Notes: generated from the sequence alone by a model not told the origin. A stretch of 64,000 nt of DNA from Patescibacteria group bacterium (GCA_041662625.1 JBAZSB010000001.1:471093-535092); one strand, 5' to 3'; shown: positions 10,116 through 20,006, counted from the stretch's first letter. Numbers and translations are program-made.

Positions 10116-11051
10116 TTATTTAACGCTACTATTAGTACTTGGCTCTATTTCGGCAGCATCTTGTTCTTCTGGTGTCAAAATCTGAATTATTGAAGCTTCT
10201 AATGCATCCCCTTCTTCAGTACTATCTGTCTTAGTTTGATCTGGCTCAACTGGGGTTTCAGCACCATCAATCACACCATTATCTTGATTCGGCTCTTGTT
10301 CTTCAGTCGCCTGATTAGCTTCGGCGACTAACTGCTGAGCGGACAAGCTAGTCTCTTGGGCTGATTGAACGGCTTCAGCTACCATTTGCTCCACCCCCAG
10401 CTTTTCCGCGTCTGATAACCCTTCAACAGTTTTATCAACACTCTTTGCCATCTCTTCAGTCTTGGAACTGACCGTTAGGGCCATCCTTAAAGTTGTTTCT
10501 TTATCTTCAGTAGTGGCGATGTTTTGGTCGGCTTCCTTGATTTTATTCAAATGATCATTGACTGCCACCACATTATTTTTAAATTCTTTAACTACGGCTT
10601 CAATGTTTTTCTTTTTTTGCTGCGGATCAACATTGACTTGGGCGATAATCTTATCAAGTTCAGCCACTCGCTTTTGAGCAAATTCAATTTTTAACTCGAC
10701 TTTGTTTTCATCTCCCGTCACTAAAGCCATGTGAGTCTTTTCTAAGGTTAATTTCAGTGGGTATAAAGTCTCACCGGGCAAACTATAAAAAGCAGCATTA
10801 ATCGTTAAGCTGCTTCCTAAAAATACGCCTAAAACCAAAAGCATAATAAATGCCGGCTCAAACACTAAACGCTGACTTAAAGTTTGAGCTAAAACAGTAA
10901 AGTATCCCTTTAGTCCCACGCCTACTGATTGATATTGGTTTTTTGAATTAATTTGCTGTAATAAAATATCCCGACTCAAAGTTAACCACTCTGATCGGGG
11001 CTGAATCTCTTTTTTTAAACCTTTGATTTCTTGAATGATACTATCTTTCAT
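10116..11051 (-). CDS. Putative anti-sigma factor-like membrane protein (single TM, coiled-coil, acidic C-terminal tail)
   Basis: 311 aa. It overlaps the upstream ECF sigma gene by 11 nt. There is one TM helix (FIMLLVLGVFLGSSLTI) and a coiled-coil periplasmic region. Confidence 0.4.
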   Translation of the reverse strand: MKDSIIQEIKGLKKEIQPRSEWLTLSRDILLQQINSKNQYQSVGVGLKGYFTVLAQTLSQRLVFEPAFIMLLVLGVFLGSSLTINAAFYSLPGETLYPLKLTLEKTHMALVTGDENKVELKIEFAQKRVAELDKIIAQVNVDPQQKKKNIEAVVKEFKNNVVAVNDHLNKIKEADQNIATTEDKETTLRMALTVSSKTEEMAKSVDKTVEGLSDAEKLGVEQMVAEAVQSAQETSLSAQQLVAEANQATEEQEPNQDNGVIDGAETPVEPDQTKTDSTEEGDALEASIIQILTPEEQDAAEIEPSTNSSVK

Positions 11052-11604
11052 TTTTATTTAATAGTTCACGACAAACCTTGATGGCTCGATGAAGTAAAAC
11101 TCTCACCGAACCTTTTGACTTATCTAAGACATTAGCAATCTCACTGATTGAAAGTTCTTCAATGAAACGGAGAATAACGATTTCTCGATACTCATCTTTC
11201 ATCTGTCTGAGAACTTTCTCAATATTTTTCATCTCAAATTCAGTGTCAATCTGAAACAATAAACTTTGCTGGCGATAGTCTTCAACATTCAACAACGATT
11301 CTTGATCTTGAGTAAAATCCTTTCGGGCGCTCTGACGATAAAAATCAATAACTAAATTCCGGGCAGCTTTATAAAGTAAAGCCTTTAAATTTTCAATCTT
11401 CTCGTCTGTCTCGGTAACATACTGCCAAATTTTCAAAAATACTTCCGAAGTCAAGTCTTCGGCATCTTGACGCGTCGCCACCTTAAAATAAATAAATCTG
11501 TAGATGGGCGTTACATACAGATCATAAATTTGGGCAAAAGCCTCGGGATCTTTCTTTTTCAACCTTAATAATAGCAGTTTTTCCTGAAGTTTAGAAGTGG
11601 GCAT
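11041..11604 (-). CDS. RNA polymerase sigma-70 family ECF sigma factor
   Basis: 187 aa. Region 2 (YRFIYFKVATRQDAEDLTSEVFLKIWQ) and region 4 HTH (LSISEIANVLDKSKGSVRVLLHRA) are recognisable. Confidence 0.8.
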   Translation of the reverse strand: MPTSKLQEKLLLLRLKKKDPEAFAQIYDLYVTPIYRFIYFKVATRQDAEDLTSEVFLKIWQYVTETDEKIENLKALLYKAARNLVIDFYRQSARKDFTQDQESLLNVEDYRQQSLLFQIDTEFEMKNIEKVLRQMKDEYREIVILRFIEELSISEIANVLDKSKGSVRVLLHRAIKVCRELLNKNER

Positions 11605-11848
11605 TAAGTATACATTAATTAAGACGTAATAAATAAATAAATGTTACAGCAATAAACTATACTATAACTATTTTCTTGAAGTAAGTCAATGATTATGACC
11701 TAAAACCTGAAGCTTGGACCTTATGGCTCAAAGCTTGTTTTGTAGCTTGAGGTTACAGGTTTCAAGATATTTGACTAATTTTTCTTAATTTATTACTATA
11801 TAAATGGACTAATTGTCCAGACTAATCTAGACAAATAATGCTATTTCT

Positions 11849-12136
11849 ATGCCCAATGTAATTCGGGTCTCGGTCTCAGAAGCCAGCCGGCTTTTTGGGG
11901 TCGAACCAAAAACTGTTAGACGAGCGATCAAGGACCAAAAACTCAAATACATTGTTGTCCAAGGCCGATATAAGATTAATTTTAGCAGCCTCTTGGAATG
12001 GTCACAAGGCAAAATGACCACTAAAAATAAACTGGCTGATCGGGGTATTGGCCAATATGTGGATAAGTGGAAAATTAAAAACAAGCTCTACTCCCCCAAT
12101 CCAGAGCTGGTTGGAGAGAATAAACCCAAAAGATAA
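11849..12136 (+). CDS. Small helix-turn-helix DNA-binding protein
   Basis: 95 aa. SEASRLFGVEPKTVRRAIKDQKL is an HTH-like segment. Its own SD-like site and the terminator follow. Confidence 0.45.
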   Translation: MPNVIRVSVSEASRLFGVEPKTVRRAIKDQKLKYIVVQGRYKINFSSLLEWSQGKMTTKNKLADRGIGQYVDKWKIKNKLYSPNPELVGENKPKR

Positions 12137-12142
12137 AACAAA

Positions 12143-12183
12143 AAAAATCGCCTTTTAGATAAACTCAAGGCGATTTTTTTGTA
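12143..12183. terminator. Bidirectional rho-independent terminator (ATCGCCTT...AAGGCGAT stem flanked by A-run / T-run)
   Basis: The hairpin with flanking poly-A/poly-T serves both the + strand HTH gene and the - strand htrA-like gene. Confidence 0.6.
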
Positions 12184-12202
12184 ATATACTTCTAAACTAA
12201 AA

Positions 12203-13366
12203 TTAGTCAGGCAAAATTACTAGAGTTACTGTTTTAGTTATTGTCTTACCGGCTCTCAATATCTCTAAATCAATCTCATCACCCCCCTGGTACTGTTGAA
12301 TCAATTCCGTTAAGCTACTATTTTTATCAATTTGCTGACCATCAACACTGACAACAATATCGGCTTCTTGGAGGCCGGCATCTGAGGCTGGTGTCCCCTT
12401 CTTTGGACTTTGATAAACTAATGCTCCGCGATTTAATCCCTGAGTTAAATTTTCATTTAAACCAAACACCCAGGCTAAATCAATATAACTAACACCGAGA
12501 AATGGTCGCTTAACTATACTGCTACGCAAAACATCTAAAACGATTGGCCGAAACTGATTGATCGGTACAGCGGTTACCAATTTATCGTCTTGACTGATCT
12601 CTTTAATTATACCAATCACCTCTCCCCCAAGATTAATTAAAGGGCTGCCTAAATAGGTATCATCTAAAACACCGTTTAGCGAAATTGATCGGTTATATTC
12701 TTCCGAAGAAATAACAAAGTTATCGCCTGAAGTAATATTAATGTAATCGGTGTTTTTAATATTAACCACCATCGCCTCACCTAAATTATTCAAAGTAATA
12801 GCCAACTGACCCAAAGTGGCTTCATCAGAGTCCCCCAAGACAACCACCGGTAGATTACTAGCTGAAATTTTTAAAAAAACTACACTGGTAGTGGCATCAA
12901 TTATTAAATTATCAATCGTAAAAGTTTTTCCAGCATAAACCACGACCAGCTGGTCAGGCTTATAATTTTTGAAAATTTCACCAAAACTAACTAGCCAGCC
13001 ATCACTGGTTAAAATAAAACCGTTAGTTTTTAAATCTTGGGGTAAATAAATTTGATTTAAAGCATTGTTACTGGAAGATTTTTTAGAATAAATACCAACC
13101 AATCCCGGAGTAACTTTCTCAATTGATTTATTAACCTCAAAATCTTGCTGAATACCTAAAAATCTTGTAACTCGTCTTAGTTCGGGAATAACTGAAGAAG
13201 CACCGGCATTCGTATTCAAAATATCTACCGTATAACTATCGCGCCAAGGATCAATATAAACATCAGCCACAATCTGACCAACGACACCGGCGGCAAAACC
13301 AAATACCATAGATAAAATTACTACCTGGGAAATAAATTGCTCTTTTTGCTTTTTAAATAATTTCAT
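12203..13366 (-). CDS. HtrA/DegP-like trypsin-fold protease with C-terminal PDZ domain; the catalytic Ser motif is atypical
   Basis: 387 aa with an N-terminal TM helix and a protease core (GEVIGII). The canonical GNSGGPL is replaced by LGSPLINLGG. The PDZ domain (PFLGVSYIDL...GALV) is present. Confidence 0.55.
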   Translation of the reverse strand: MKLFKKQKEQFISQVVILSMVFGFAAGVVGQIVADVYIDPWRDSYTVDILNTNAGASSVIPELRRVTRFLGIQQDFEVNKSIEKVTPGLVGIYSKKSSSNNALNQIYLPQDLKTNGFILTSDGWLVSFGEIFKNYKPDQLVVVYAGKTFTIDNLIIDATTSVVFLKISASNLPVVVLGDSDEATLGQLAITLNNLGEAMVVNIKNTDYINITSGDNFVISSEEYNRSISLNGVLDDTYLGSPLINLGGEVIGIIKEISQDDKLVTAVPINQFRPIVLDVLRSSIVKRPFLGVSYIDLAWVFGLNENLTQGLNRGALVYQSPKKGTPASDAGLQEADIVVSVDGQQIDKNSSLTELIQQYQGGDEIDLEILRAGKTITKTVTLVILPD

Positions 13367-13370
13367 ATTT

Positions 13371-14135
13371 TTAAAACCATTTAGCCGTAGCTAAAATAAT
13401 AATTAAAGCTAAAACACTAATTAATAAATAACGTTTGACTACTTTACTTTCCTTAATCTCCAAAAGCCAATTACGGGCTAAGCCGCCTACAAGGTAATAA
13501 CTAATAGTGACAATTAAACCACTAACATAAACGCTGGTTGGTAAGAATATGGCCGCCCAAAAAATTTCAGAAATTAAAATGGTAACCACTAAAATATAAG
13601 GCAAAGCGGCCGCAAAAGTCTTGCCACTGGTCCAAGCTAATTGGTAATTTAGCAAAATATTAACTACCATGAAAATAATTAATAAAATTACCCAAGAAAA
13701 ACCTAAAAAAATAGCCAGGCTATAAAAACCACTAGCGATTAAAAAAATGGTGATTAAACCCAAATGAATGATGATATTTTCTAGAGAATAAGCCTGATAT
13801 TTAATCCGAAGATGAAATTTCAAAAATACTACTTCAAAAAAAGCCCAGAATAAGATTACCACACAGACCAAAAAAGCCTGCTTGAAAAATTGACCTTCTA
13901 AAAAAATAAAAAAAAGTAAAGTCCCGGCAAAAAGTAACAGCGGCGTCAATAAAATCTGCCAAAAATTTGGGCTAAAAAGTTTCCGGCCAACTAGCTGCCA
14001 AACACTTAAAATAATTAAACCTAAAGCCAACGGCATTAACCAATAGATCTGTTTTGGCATCACTAATAGCTGCTCAAATAGAAAAAAAATGACTAGGGCT
14101 ATTAAGACGGGAATAATTCGATTAACTGCTTTCAT
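13371..14135 (-). CDS. Polytopic membrane protein, unknown function
   Basis: 254 aa with ~7 predicted TM helices. Confidence 0.4.
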   Translation of the reverse strand: MKAVNRIIPVLIALVIFFLFEQLLVMPKQIYWLMPLALGLIILSVWQLVGRKLFSPNFWQILLTPLLLFAGTLLFFIFLEGQFFKQAFLVCVVILFWAFFEVVFLKFHLRIKYQAYSLENIIIHLGLITIFLIASGFYSLAIFLGFSWVILLIIFMVVNILLNYQLAWTSGKTFAAALPYILVVTILISEIFWAAIFLPTSVYVSGLIVTISYYLVGGLARNWLLEIKESKVVKRYLLISVLALIIILATAKWF

Positions 14136-14138
14136 TTT

Positions 14139-15050
14139 TTACTTTGACTTTAATTCTTTAAGCTTCTTCAACTGTTCAACGTCAAGCCCAATACTTTTCA
14201 GCTTTTCGATCGTGTCCGGTGCCAAATTATCAAAATCATAATTAGATATCTTCTCTTTTTCTACATTGTCTAGCTGATCAATGACTTTAATGAGGCTAGT
14301 GACGCTATCTCTAATAAGTCCAATATCAATGGCAAGTCGCAAAATTAATTTACCATCTTTCAATTCAAGCGCCGGCGTGCGGGATTTATCGGAATTGACT
14401 TGATTCAAATCGATATTATAAAGAGTGGTGTGTTTATCTCCGGATTTCTCCAAGTATTTATGAACCGACCAATTAACCAGACTGGGTGGCAAATTTAAAT
14501 TACCAACTTTAAATTGAGTGATCTGATAAGAATAGGGGGCCCCTTCTGGTTTGGATATTTTAACCTTCAAAGTGAGGTTTACTTTAATTGGTCTAAGCAT
14601 TAAACCAAAAAATTCAATTTCACCCTCATTAATCACGATTTGGGTATTTTGAGCAAACTTAGGTTTTTCTTGTTTAGCTAAATTTTGGCGGATAATGAAA
14701 GTCAATTCTTCTTCCGTTAGCTCCATGGTGGTCATTTTTGTCGTCTGGTCATATTGATAACTGGCTGGTCTTCGAATAAAATCTTCTGGATTGTCGATTA
14801 CTATTAACCGGCTTGGCGAAGGCACTCGGTAAAAAATTTGAGAAAGAACTGGAATTTCAATAATGCCGGCTTTGGCTATTAAAGCAACTAAAATAATCAA
14901 AATGAAAATAAACAAAAATCCGGCCAGACGTAAGCAACTGGTTTTAACTGATCGTTTTTTAGCCCTTCTTTCTTTTTTCGGCGGCTTTGGCTTGGGCTTA
15001 AGATCTTGTGAGGGCAATAAATTTTCTTCTTTGAGATCAATCCGAGCCAT
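14139..15050 (-). CDS. Membrane-anchored protein with basic N-terminus, unknown function
   Basis: 303 aa. Lys/Pro-rich N-terminus, then a TM helix and an extracytoplasmic domain. Confidence 0.4.
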   Translation of the reverse strand: MARIDLKEENLLPSQDLKPKPKPPKKERRAKKRSVKTSCLRLAGFLFIFILIILVALIAKAGIIEIPVLSQIFYRVPSPSRLIVIDNPEDFIRRPASYQYDQTTKMTTMELTEEELTFIIRQNLAKQEKPKFAQNTQIVINEGEIEFFGLMLRPIKVNLTLKVKISKPEGAPYSYQITQFKVGNLNLPPSLVNWSVHKYLEKSGDKHTTLYNIDLNQVNSDKSRTPALELKDGKLILRLAIDIGLIRDSVTSLIKVIDQLDNVEKEKISNYDFDNLAPDTIEKLKSIGLDVEQLKKLKELKSK

Positions 15051-15062
15051 AAAAATGATTAA

Positions 15063-15458
15063 TTATTCAAGCCACGGGTATTCGGTTTTTAAAGCCTGAA
15101 TCTTTGCTTGTCCGTCTTCTATCTTATTTTGGTCTGAAGCCAGTTGTCCTTGCTCAAGTGATTCAAAGGCAACAACCAAACTGAAATGAAGATCCAGGTA
15201 TTGGGCCGGCGCTTTTAAAGCCAAAATTTTATCCTTAATACCTAAAATTTTATTACTTTCCCAATAGGGTTTCAAAATTTCAACCAAATTCGATTCATAA
15301 TCGGCCACTAAATCCTTTTGTTCCTCTGGTTTTGGTTGATTTTGCATATTTTGGTTGCTTATAGGCTCTGACTTGTTAGAACAGCCAACCATAACAAAAC
15401 CAAAAAAAGCTAAAATTACAAAAATAAAAACTTTTCTAGTGCCAAAAATTTTTCTCAT
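15063..15458 (-). CDS. Lipoprotein (lipobox LAFFGFVMVGC)
   Basis: 131 aa with a signal peptide and lipobox Cys. Confidence 0.45.
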   Translation of the reverse strand: MRKIFGTRKVFIFVILAFFGFVMVGCSNKSEPISNQNMQNQPKPEEQKDLVADYESNLVEILKPYWESNKILGIKDKILALKAPAQYLDLHFSLVVAFESLEQGQLASDQNKIEDGQAKIQALKTEYPWLE

Positions 15459-15470
15459 TAGCTTATTAAT

Positions 15471-15806
15471 TTAATAGATAAATGAGATTAAAATAAATGA
15501 TAAAATTCCGACGATGGCCAAAGTGACCAGAGTAACTATGGCCGTCATTAAAGCCTCGGCAAAACGCTTCTGAAAAGCTAAATAAACCGGATAACCAAGA
15601 ACTAGAATTCCCGAAACCGCAGCGCTAAAAACGAATAGGAGCAAAACTAGTAATGGACCAGCTATCCCTGGCGGATCATGGGGCATTGCATTACCAATAA
15701 TAGTAATCAAGGAAGCAATCAATAAAATATAAATTGCTTCCGCAATCCCGCCCAAAAAACCAAATCTAAGAACTTCTGATTCATTAATTTTTTGTTTTTT
15801 GAACAT
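15471..15806 (-). CDS. Small membrane protein
   Basis: 111 aa with 3 TM helices. Confidence 0.4.
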   Translation of the reverse strand: MFKKQKINESEVLRFGFLGGIAEAIYILLIASLITIIGNAMPHDPPGIAGPLLVLLLFVFSAAVSGILVLGYPVYLAFQKRFAEALMTAIVTLVTLAIVGILSFILISFIY

Positions 15807-15841
15807 AGATTTAGGTATTAGTAATTAGGTATTAGGGATTA

Positions 15842-16180
15842 CTAAAACGCCATTTCGCCCCGGCTCATTTCCATCTCTACCCAATTATCACCGGCTGGAT
15901 CATAACGATAAGCTTTAAATTTATGAACTTTTTCCGTATCGGAATAAACATACTCAACTCTCGTATCACTACCAATCCGCCGTGAACCAATAGTTTTTTT
16001 ATCCAAAACTAAAGGTTTGGTCGTTCGCTCCAGCTTCATTCGCCCTAGTGGTCCTTTAAACTCAATAATTTCAGCTGTGCCCGGACCAATCTCTTCGGGT
16101 AAATCTTCGGTTCGATGATCAATAACTTCAAAGTTGTCTTTAACTTGAGCGATAGTATTTTGCCATTTTTCATCAGTCAT
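15842..16180 (-). CDS. Hypothetical protein
   Basis: 112-aa ORF with consistent codon usage. Confidence 0.35.
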   Translation of the reverse strand: MTDEKWQNTIAQVKDNFEVIDHRTEDLPEEIGPGTAEIIEFKGPLGRMKLERTTKPLVLDKKTIGSRRIGSDTRVEYVYSDTEKVHKFKAYRYDPAGDNWVEMEMSRGEMAF

Positions 16181-16274
16181 AGTTTAGGAAGTAGTGAGTA
16201 GACCAGTAGATTAGTAGGACGGTAGGTAAAAATCCTTATTCCCCTACCAATCTACCGATCTACAACCCTACCAA

Positions 16275-17318
16275 CTAGTAATAAGTACTTAAAGTATCGC
16301 CAGTGCCGGTCCGATTAATATAAGTTTGCCGATCAATTAAACCTTGCTCATATAAACTTTTGAGTGAAGAGCGCATAGTAACCATCCCTTCGCTTCTGCC
16401 AGTTTGCATCGCTGAAGTAATATGAGTGATTTTATCTTCCCGGATCAAATTAGCAATTGCCGGCGTGTTAATCATTACTTCTCGGCTGACAACTACTCCA
16501 CCGTCTTTTTTCGGCAACATTTGCTGGCAGATAACAGCTCGCAAAACTGAAGCCAACTGCATCAAAATTTGTTGCTGGCGATGGGAAGGAAACATATCGA
16601 CAATTCTTTCAATAGTTTCAGCCGCCGTATTCGTATGGAGAGTTGAAATTACCAAGTGACCGGTTTCCGCCGCCGTTAATGTAGCCGAAATTGTTTCCAG
16701 ATCCCGCATTTCACCCACCATAATTACATTTGGATCCTGGCGCAAGGCTCTTTTTAAGGCTTCATGAAAAGAATGAGTATCACGGCCTAATTCCCGCTGT
16801 TCAATAATACTTTGTTCTTCTTTAAAAATAAATTCAATTGGATCTTCAATCGTAATAATATGAGCTTTCCGTTCTTTATTGATTAAATTAATCAAAACGG
16901 CTAAAGTGGTAGATTTTCCCGAACCCGATGGACCGGTGACTAAAATTAGACCTTGATTGAGGTGACTTAATTTATAGATTGATTCATCAAAATAAATTTC
17001 TTTAGGTGTAGGAATGTGCTCTGGGATTACCCGGGCTGCCAGACCAATTAAACCTTCTTGCTGATGTAAATTAATTCTGAAGTGGCCACCAGCGATATCC
17101 AAAGCAAAATCAAGTTCTTTTTCTTTTTTAAAAACAGCCACATCACTTTCACTCATTAATGAAAAAATGGCTGCTTCTAACTCATGGGGATCTAAATTAT
17201 CCTCAGTGATAACTGCCAAGTTACCATCAATTCTTAAAGTTGGTTTATTATTGGCAACCAAATGAAGATCAGAAGCACTCTTTTTTATTGCCAGGGCAAA
17301 ATATTGTTTTATATCCAT
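16275..17318 (-). CDS. pilT: Type IV pilus retraction ATPase PilT (twitching motility)
   Basis: 347 aa. It carries Walker A GPSGSGKST, IEDPIEF and the AIANLIRE motif. Its length is typical of PilT. Confidence 0.75.
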   Translation of the reverse strand: MDIKQYFALAIKKSASDLHLVANNKPTLRIDGNLAVITEDNLDPHELEAAIFSLMSESDVAVFKKEKELDFALDIAGGHFRINLHQQEGLIGLAARVIPEHIPTPKEIYFDESIYKLSHLNQGLILVTGPSGSGKSTTLAVLINLINKERKAHIITIEDPIEFIFKEEQSIIEQRELGRDTHSFHEALKRALRQDPNVIMVGEMRDLETISATLTAAETGHLVISTLHTNTAAETIERIVDMFPSHRQQQILMQLASVLRAVICQQMLPKKDGGVVVSREVMINTPAIANLIREDKITHITSAMQTGRSEGMVTMRSSLKSLYEQGLIDRQTYINRTGTGDTLSTYY

Positions 17319-17447
17319 AAGTTTAGTTAATCAGTAAATCGCTTAATTAACTTGATTCACTGATATTATATGTTCGCCTACGGCGACCATGAAATTACGT
17401 CGCTCGGTCCCGATGAAAACAAGTTTTCATCTGTCCCTCGCTAGTAA

Positions 17448-17894
17448 TTATAGCACAAAATCCTGCTGTTTTAAAAGAAACTGGTGGGCTCTCTTTAAAG
17501 AATCTTGGCCTTCCTGATAAAATAATCTTTCTAAGGCAGTGTCAAAATCAAACCAGCCATAGTCCAAATGTTCATCAGAAACTTTCACTTTATCATCTTT
17601 AGTCTCGCCGAGAAAAAAAATTGCCTTCTTATAAACTTTTTCTTTGACTCCATTCTCAATCTGAGTATCAAAATCATAGTCATATTCATCGATAAAACCA
17701 TCAACAATTTTAATTTGAGTAATTCCGGTTTCTTCTTTAAGCTCTCGTAGTGCTGATTCTAATTCCGTCTCTAAACCCTCTTGGCGGCCTTTGGGAAAAT
17801 TCCAATACTCACCGCCGTGATGCAAAAGCAGATAGCGAATGCCCTGGCCTTCTTTTCTAAAAGTGATGATGCCAATAGTTTTTTCACGTAGCAT
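17448..17894 (-). CDS. NUDIX hydrolase
   Basis: 148 aa. Nudix box GRQEGLETELESALRELKEETGI. Confidence 0.75.
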   Translation of the reverse strand: MLREKTIGIITFRKEGQGIRYLLLHHGGEYWNFPKGRQEGLETELESALRELKEETGITQIKIVDGFIDEYDYDFDTQIENGVKEKVYKKAIFFLGETKDDKVKVSDEHLDYGWFDFDTALERLFYQEGQDSLKRAHQFLLKQQDFVL

Positions 17895-17962
17895 AGTTTT
17901 AGATTAGTAGGTTAGTAGACCGGTAGATTGGTAGGTTCCTACTGTCCTACATTCCTACCACC

Positions 17963-19288
17963 CTACTTTCCTAAATACTTTCTTCCCTTCAACTTCTCCG
18001 GTAAGTATTCTTGCTCTTCTTTCCAGTCGTAGTTGGGTGAATACTTATAATCTCTGCCATAATTTAAATCTTTCATCAGTTTGGTCGGGGCATTACGTAA
18101 ATGCAAAGGCACTGGTTCGTCCATAGTATTTTTTACGTCTTCTTGGACTCGACCATAAGCCTGGTAGACTTCGACTGATTTCTTGGCCCGGGCCATATAA
18201 ACCACACATTGAGCCAAAATAATGTTACATTCCGGCATCCCGATGAAGTGGCAGCCTTGGTAGCAAGCCACGGCCTGCTCTAAGGCTTTGGGGTCAGCCA
18301 GACCAATATCTTCAACCGCCATCCGCACTAAGCGCCGGGCAACATAGAGCGGATCTTCACCGGCTTCCAGCATTCGCCCCAGCCAATAAAGCGCCGCATC
18401 GGCATTACCGCCACGAACTGACTTATGCAAAGCCGAAATAATGTTATAGTGCTGCTCGCCGTCTTTATCATATAAATAACTTGATTTCTGGAGTGACTCT
18501 TTGATGATTTTATTGTCTAAAACAATTTTACCTTGAGAATTCGGTTTTGTCGATTTAACGGCAAATTCCAAAGCATTCAAAGCAACCCGGGCATCACCAT
18601 TAGCTAAAGACGCTAAGTAGCGGCTGGCCTCATCATTAAGACTAATTTTTAAATTAGGAAAGCCAAGTTTTAAAGCCCGCTCTAAAATTTTTTCAATATC
18701 ATGATCACTCAGTTGATTTAAAACAAAAACTCGGCAGCGCGACAGTAAAGCCGACACGACTTCAAAACTCGGATTTTCAGTGGTTGCCCCAATTAAAGTA
18801 ATAATCCCCCGCTCGACATAAGGCAATAAGCCGTCCTGTTGGGCTTTATTCCAGCGGTGAATTTCGTCAATAAATAAAATCGTCCGCCGGCCGTGAAGCT
18901 TGCGCCGCTCCTGAGCCTCTTTGATTACTTCCCGAAATTCTTTCACCCCGGAATTAACCGCTGACATTTGGACAAAAATTGATTTTGTCATTTTGGCGAT
19001 GATGCGAGCCAGTGTGCTTTTGCCCGTTCCCGGCGGCCCCCAAAAAATCATGGAAGGAATCTCGTCTTTTTCCATGGCTTGACGCAAGAGCTTGCCCGAA
19101 CCGACCACTTCTTTTTGACCAACAAAATCCGCCAAGCTCTCTGGCCGCAGGCGGTCAGCCAAGGGAGCATTGGCTTTTAGATCGGCTTTAAATTTTTGGT
19201 CGAATAGATCATCCATAAATAATTTTGAATTTTTAAACTCTAATTTTGAATCAATACTATAATATTTAAATATTAGAAATTGATTCAA
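17963..19288 (-). CDS. rarA: Replication-associated recombination protein A (AAA+ ATPase RarA/MgsA); the real start is probably the internal Met ~24 codons downstream of the ORF start
   Basis: Walker A GPPGTGKSTLAR, sensor motifs and the MgsA C-terminal domain are present. The first 24 codons overlap a conserved intergenic motif. Confidence 0.85.
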   Translation of the reverse strand: MNQFLIFKYYSIDSKLEFKNSKLFMDDLFDQKFKADLKANAPLADRLRPESLADFVGQKEVVGSGKLLRQAMEKDEIPSMIFWGPPGTGKSTLARIIAKMTKSIFVQMSAVNSGVKEFREVIKEAQERRKLHGRRTILFIDEIHRWNKAQQDGLLPYVERGIITLIGATTENPSFEVVSALLSRCRVFVLNQLSDHDIEKILERALKLGFPNLKISLNDEASRYLASLANGDARVALNALEFAVKSTKPNSQGKIVLDNKIIKESLQKSSYLYDKDGEQHYNIISALHKSVRGGNADAALYWLGRMLEAGEDPLYVARRLVRMAVEDIGLADPKALEQAVACYQGCHFIGMPECNIILAQCVVYMARAKKSVEVYQAYGRVQEDVKNTMDEPVPLHLRNAPTKLMKDLNYGRDYKYSPNYDWKEEQEYLPEKLKGRKYLGK

Positions 19289-19313
19289 AATTCAAAATTT
19301 AAAATTAATCTTT
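19217..19313 (-). promoter_or_regulatory. Recurring ~47-nt upstream element (coding-strand TTGAATCAATTTCTAATATTTAAATATTATAGTATTGATTCAAAATT) with two TTGAWTCAA palindromes flanking a -10-like TATTAT/TATAGT. Other copies are at 23682-23787, 47755-47849 and 55858-55973.
   Basis: Four hand-aligned occurrences, all directly upstream of minus-strand genes (rarA, the OFOR beta subunit, the 46795..47754 membrane gene, map). The spacing fits -35 TTGAAT, 18 nt, -10. Confidence 0.45.
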
Positions 19314-20006
19314 TTACCTGCCAAATCGCCTCTGTCTCTTATTATAGTCTTTAATAATTTTATCCAGATCTTTCTGGTTAAAATCCGGCCAGTGTTTTTT
19401 GATAAAAACTAGTTCTGAATAAACCGATTGCCAGGTCAAAAAATTAGACAAACGCTGTTCGCCGGAAGTTCTGATAATCAAGTCGGGATCGGCGATACCT
19501 TGGGTCCAAAGATTTTTAGAAATTAAATTTTCATTAATTTTTTGAGCAGGGGTCTTTTTACTGATTATTTTTTTGACCGCTTGCAAAATATCTGGTCGGC
19601 CGCCATAAGAAATCGCCAGATTAAATAATAACTTCCGATTATTTTTTGTTTTGCTTTCTGCCGCCTTAATCAATTTTTGAATATCTGGCGCCAATCTTTC
19701 CCGCTGGCCGATGACCTTGAGGCGTACCCCTTGTCGATCAAGTTCGGAAATATCCCGGCTTAAAGCCTGACGGAAAAGATTCATCAGATAATTTACCTCG
19801 GTTTTCTTCCGGCTCCAGTTCTCGGTGGAAAAAGCATAAACCGTCAAAATCTTGATCCCTTTATCAATACACCACCGACTCGCTTCCTTCATTTTACTAT
19901 AACCACGGCGGTGGCCTTCGAGGCTGGGCAAACTGCGATTTTTCGCCCAGCGCCGATTACCGTCCATAATTATACCAATATGGGTTATAGGGGTTTTAAG
20001 CCTCAT
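19314..20006 (-). CDS. uppS: Undecaprenyl-diphosphate synthase (cis-prenyltransferase)
   Basis: GIIMDGNRRWA and the RTSGEQRLSNFL motifs. Confidence 0.9.
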   Translation of the reverse strand: MRLKTPITHIGIIMDGNRRWAKNRSLPSLEGHRRGYSKMKEASRWCIDKGIKILTVYAFSTENWSRKKTEVNYLMNLFRQALSRDISELDRQGVRLKVIGQRERLAPDIQKLIKAAESKTKNNRKLLFNLAISYGGRPDILQAVKKIISKKTPAQKINENLISKNLWTQGIADPDLIIRTSGEQRLSNFLTWQSVYSELVFIKKHWPDFNQKDLDKIIKDYNKRQRRFGR

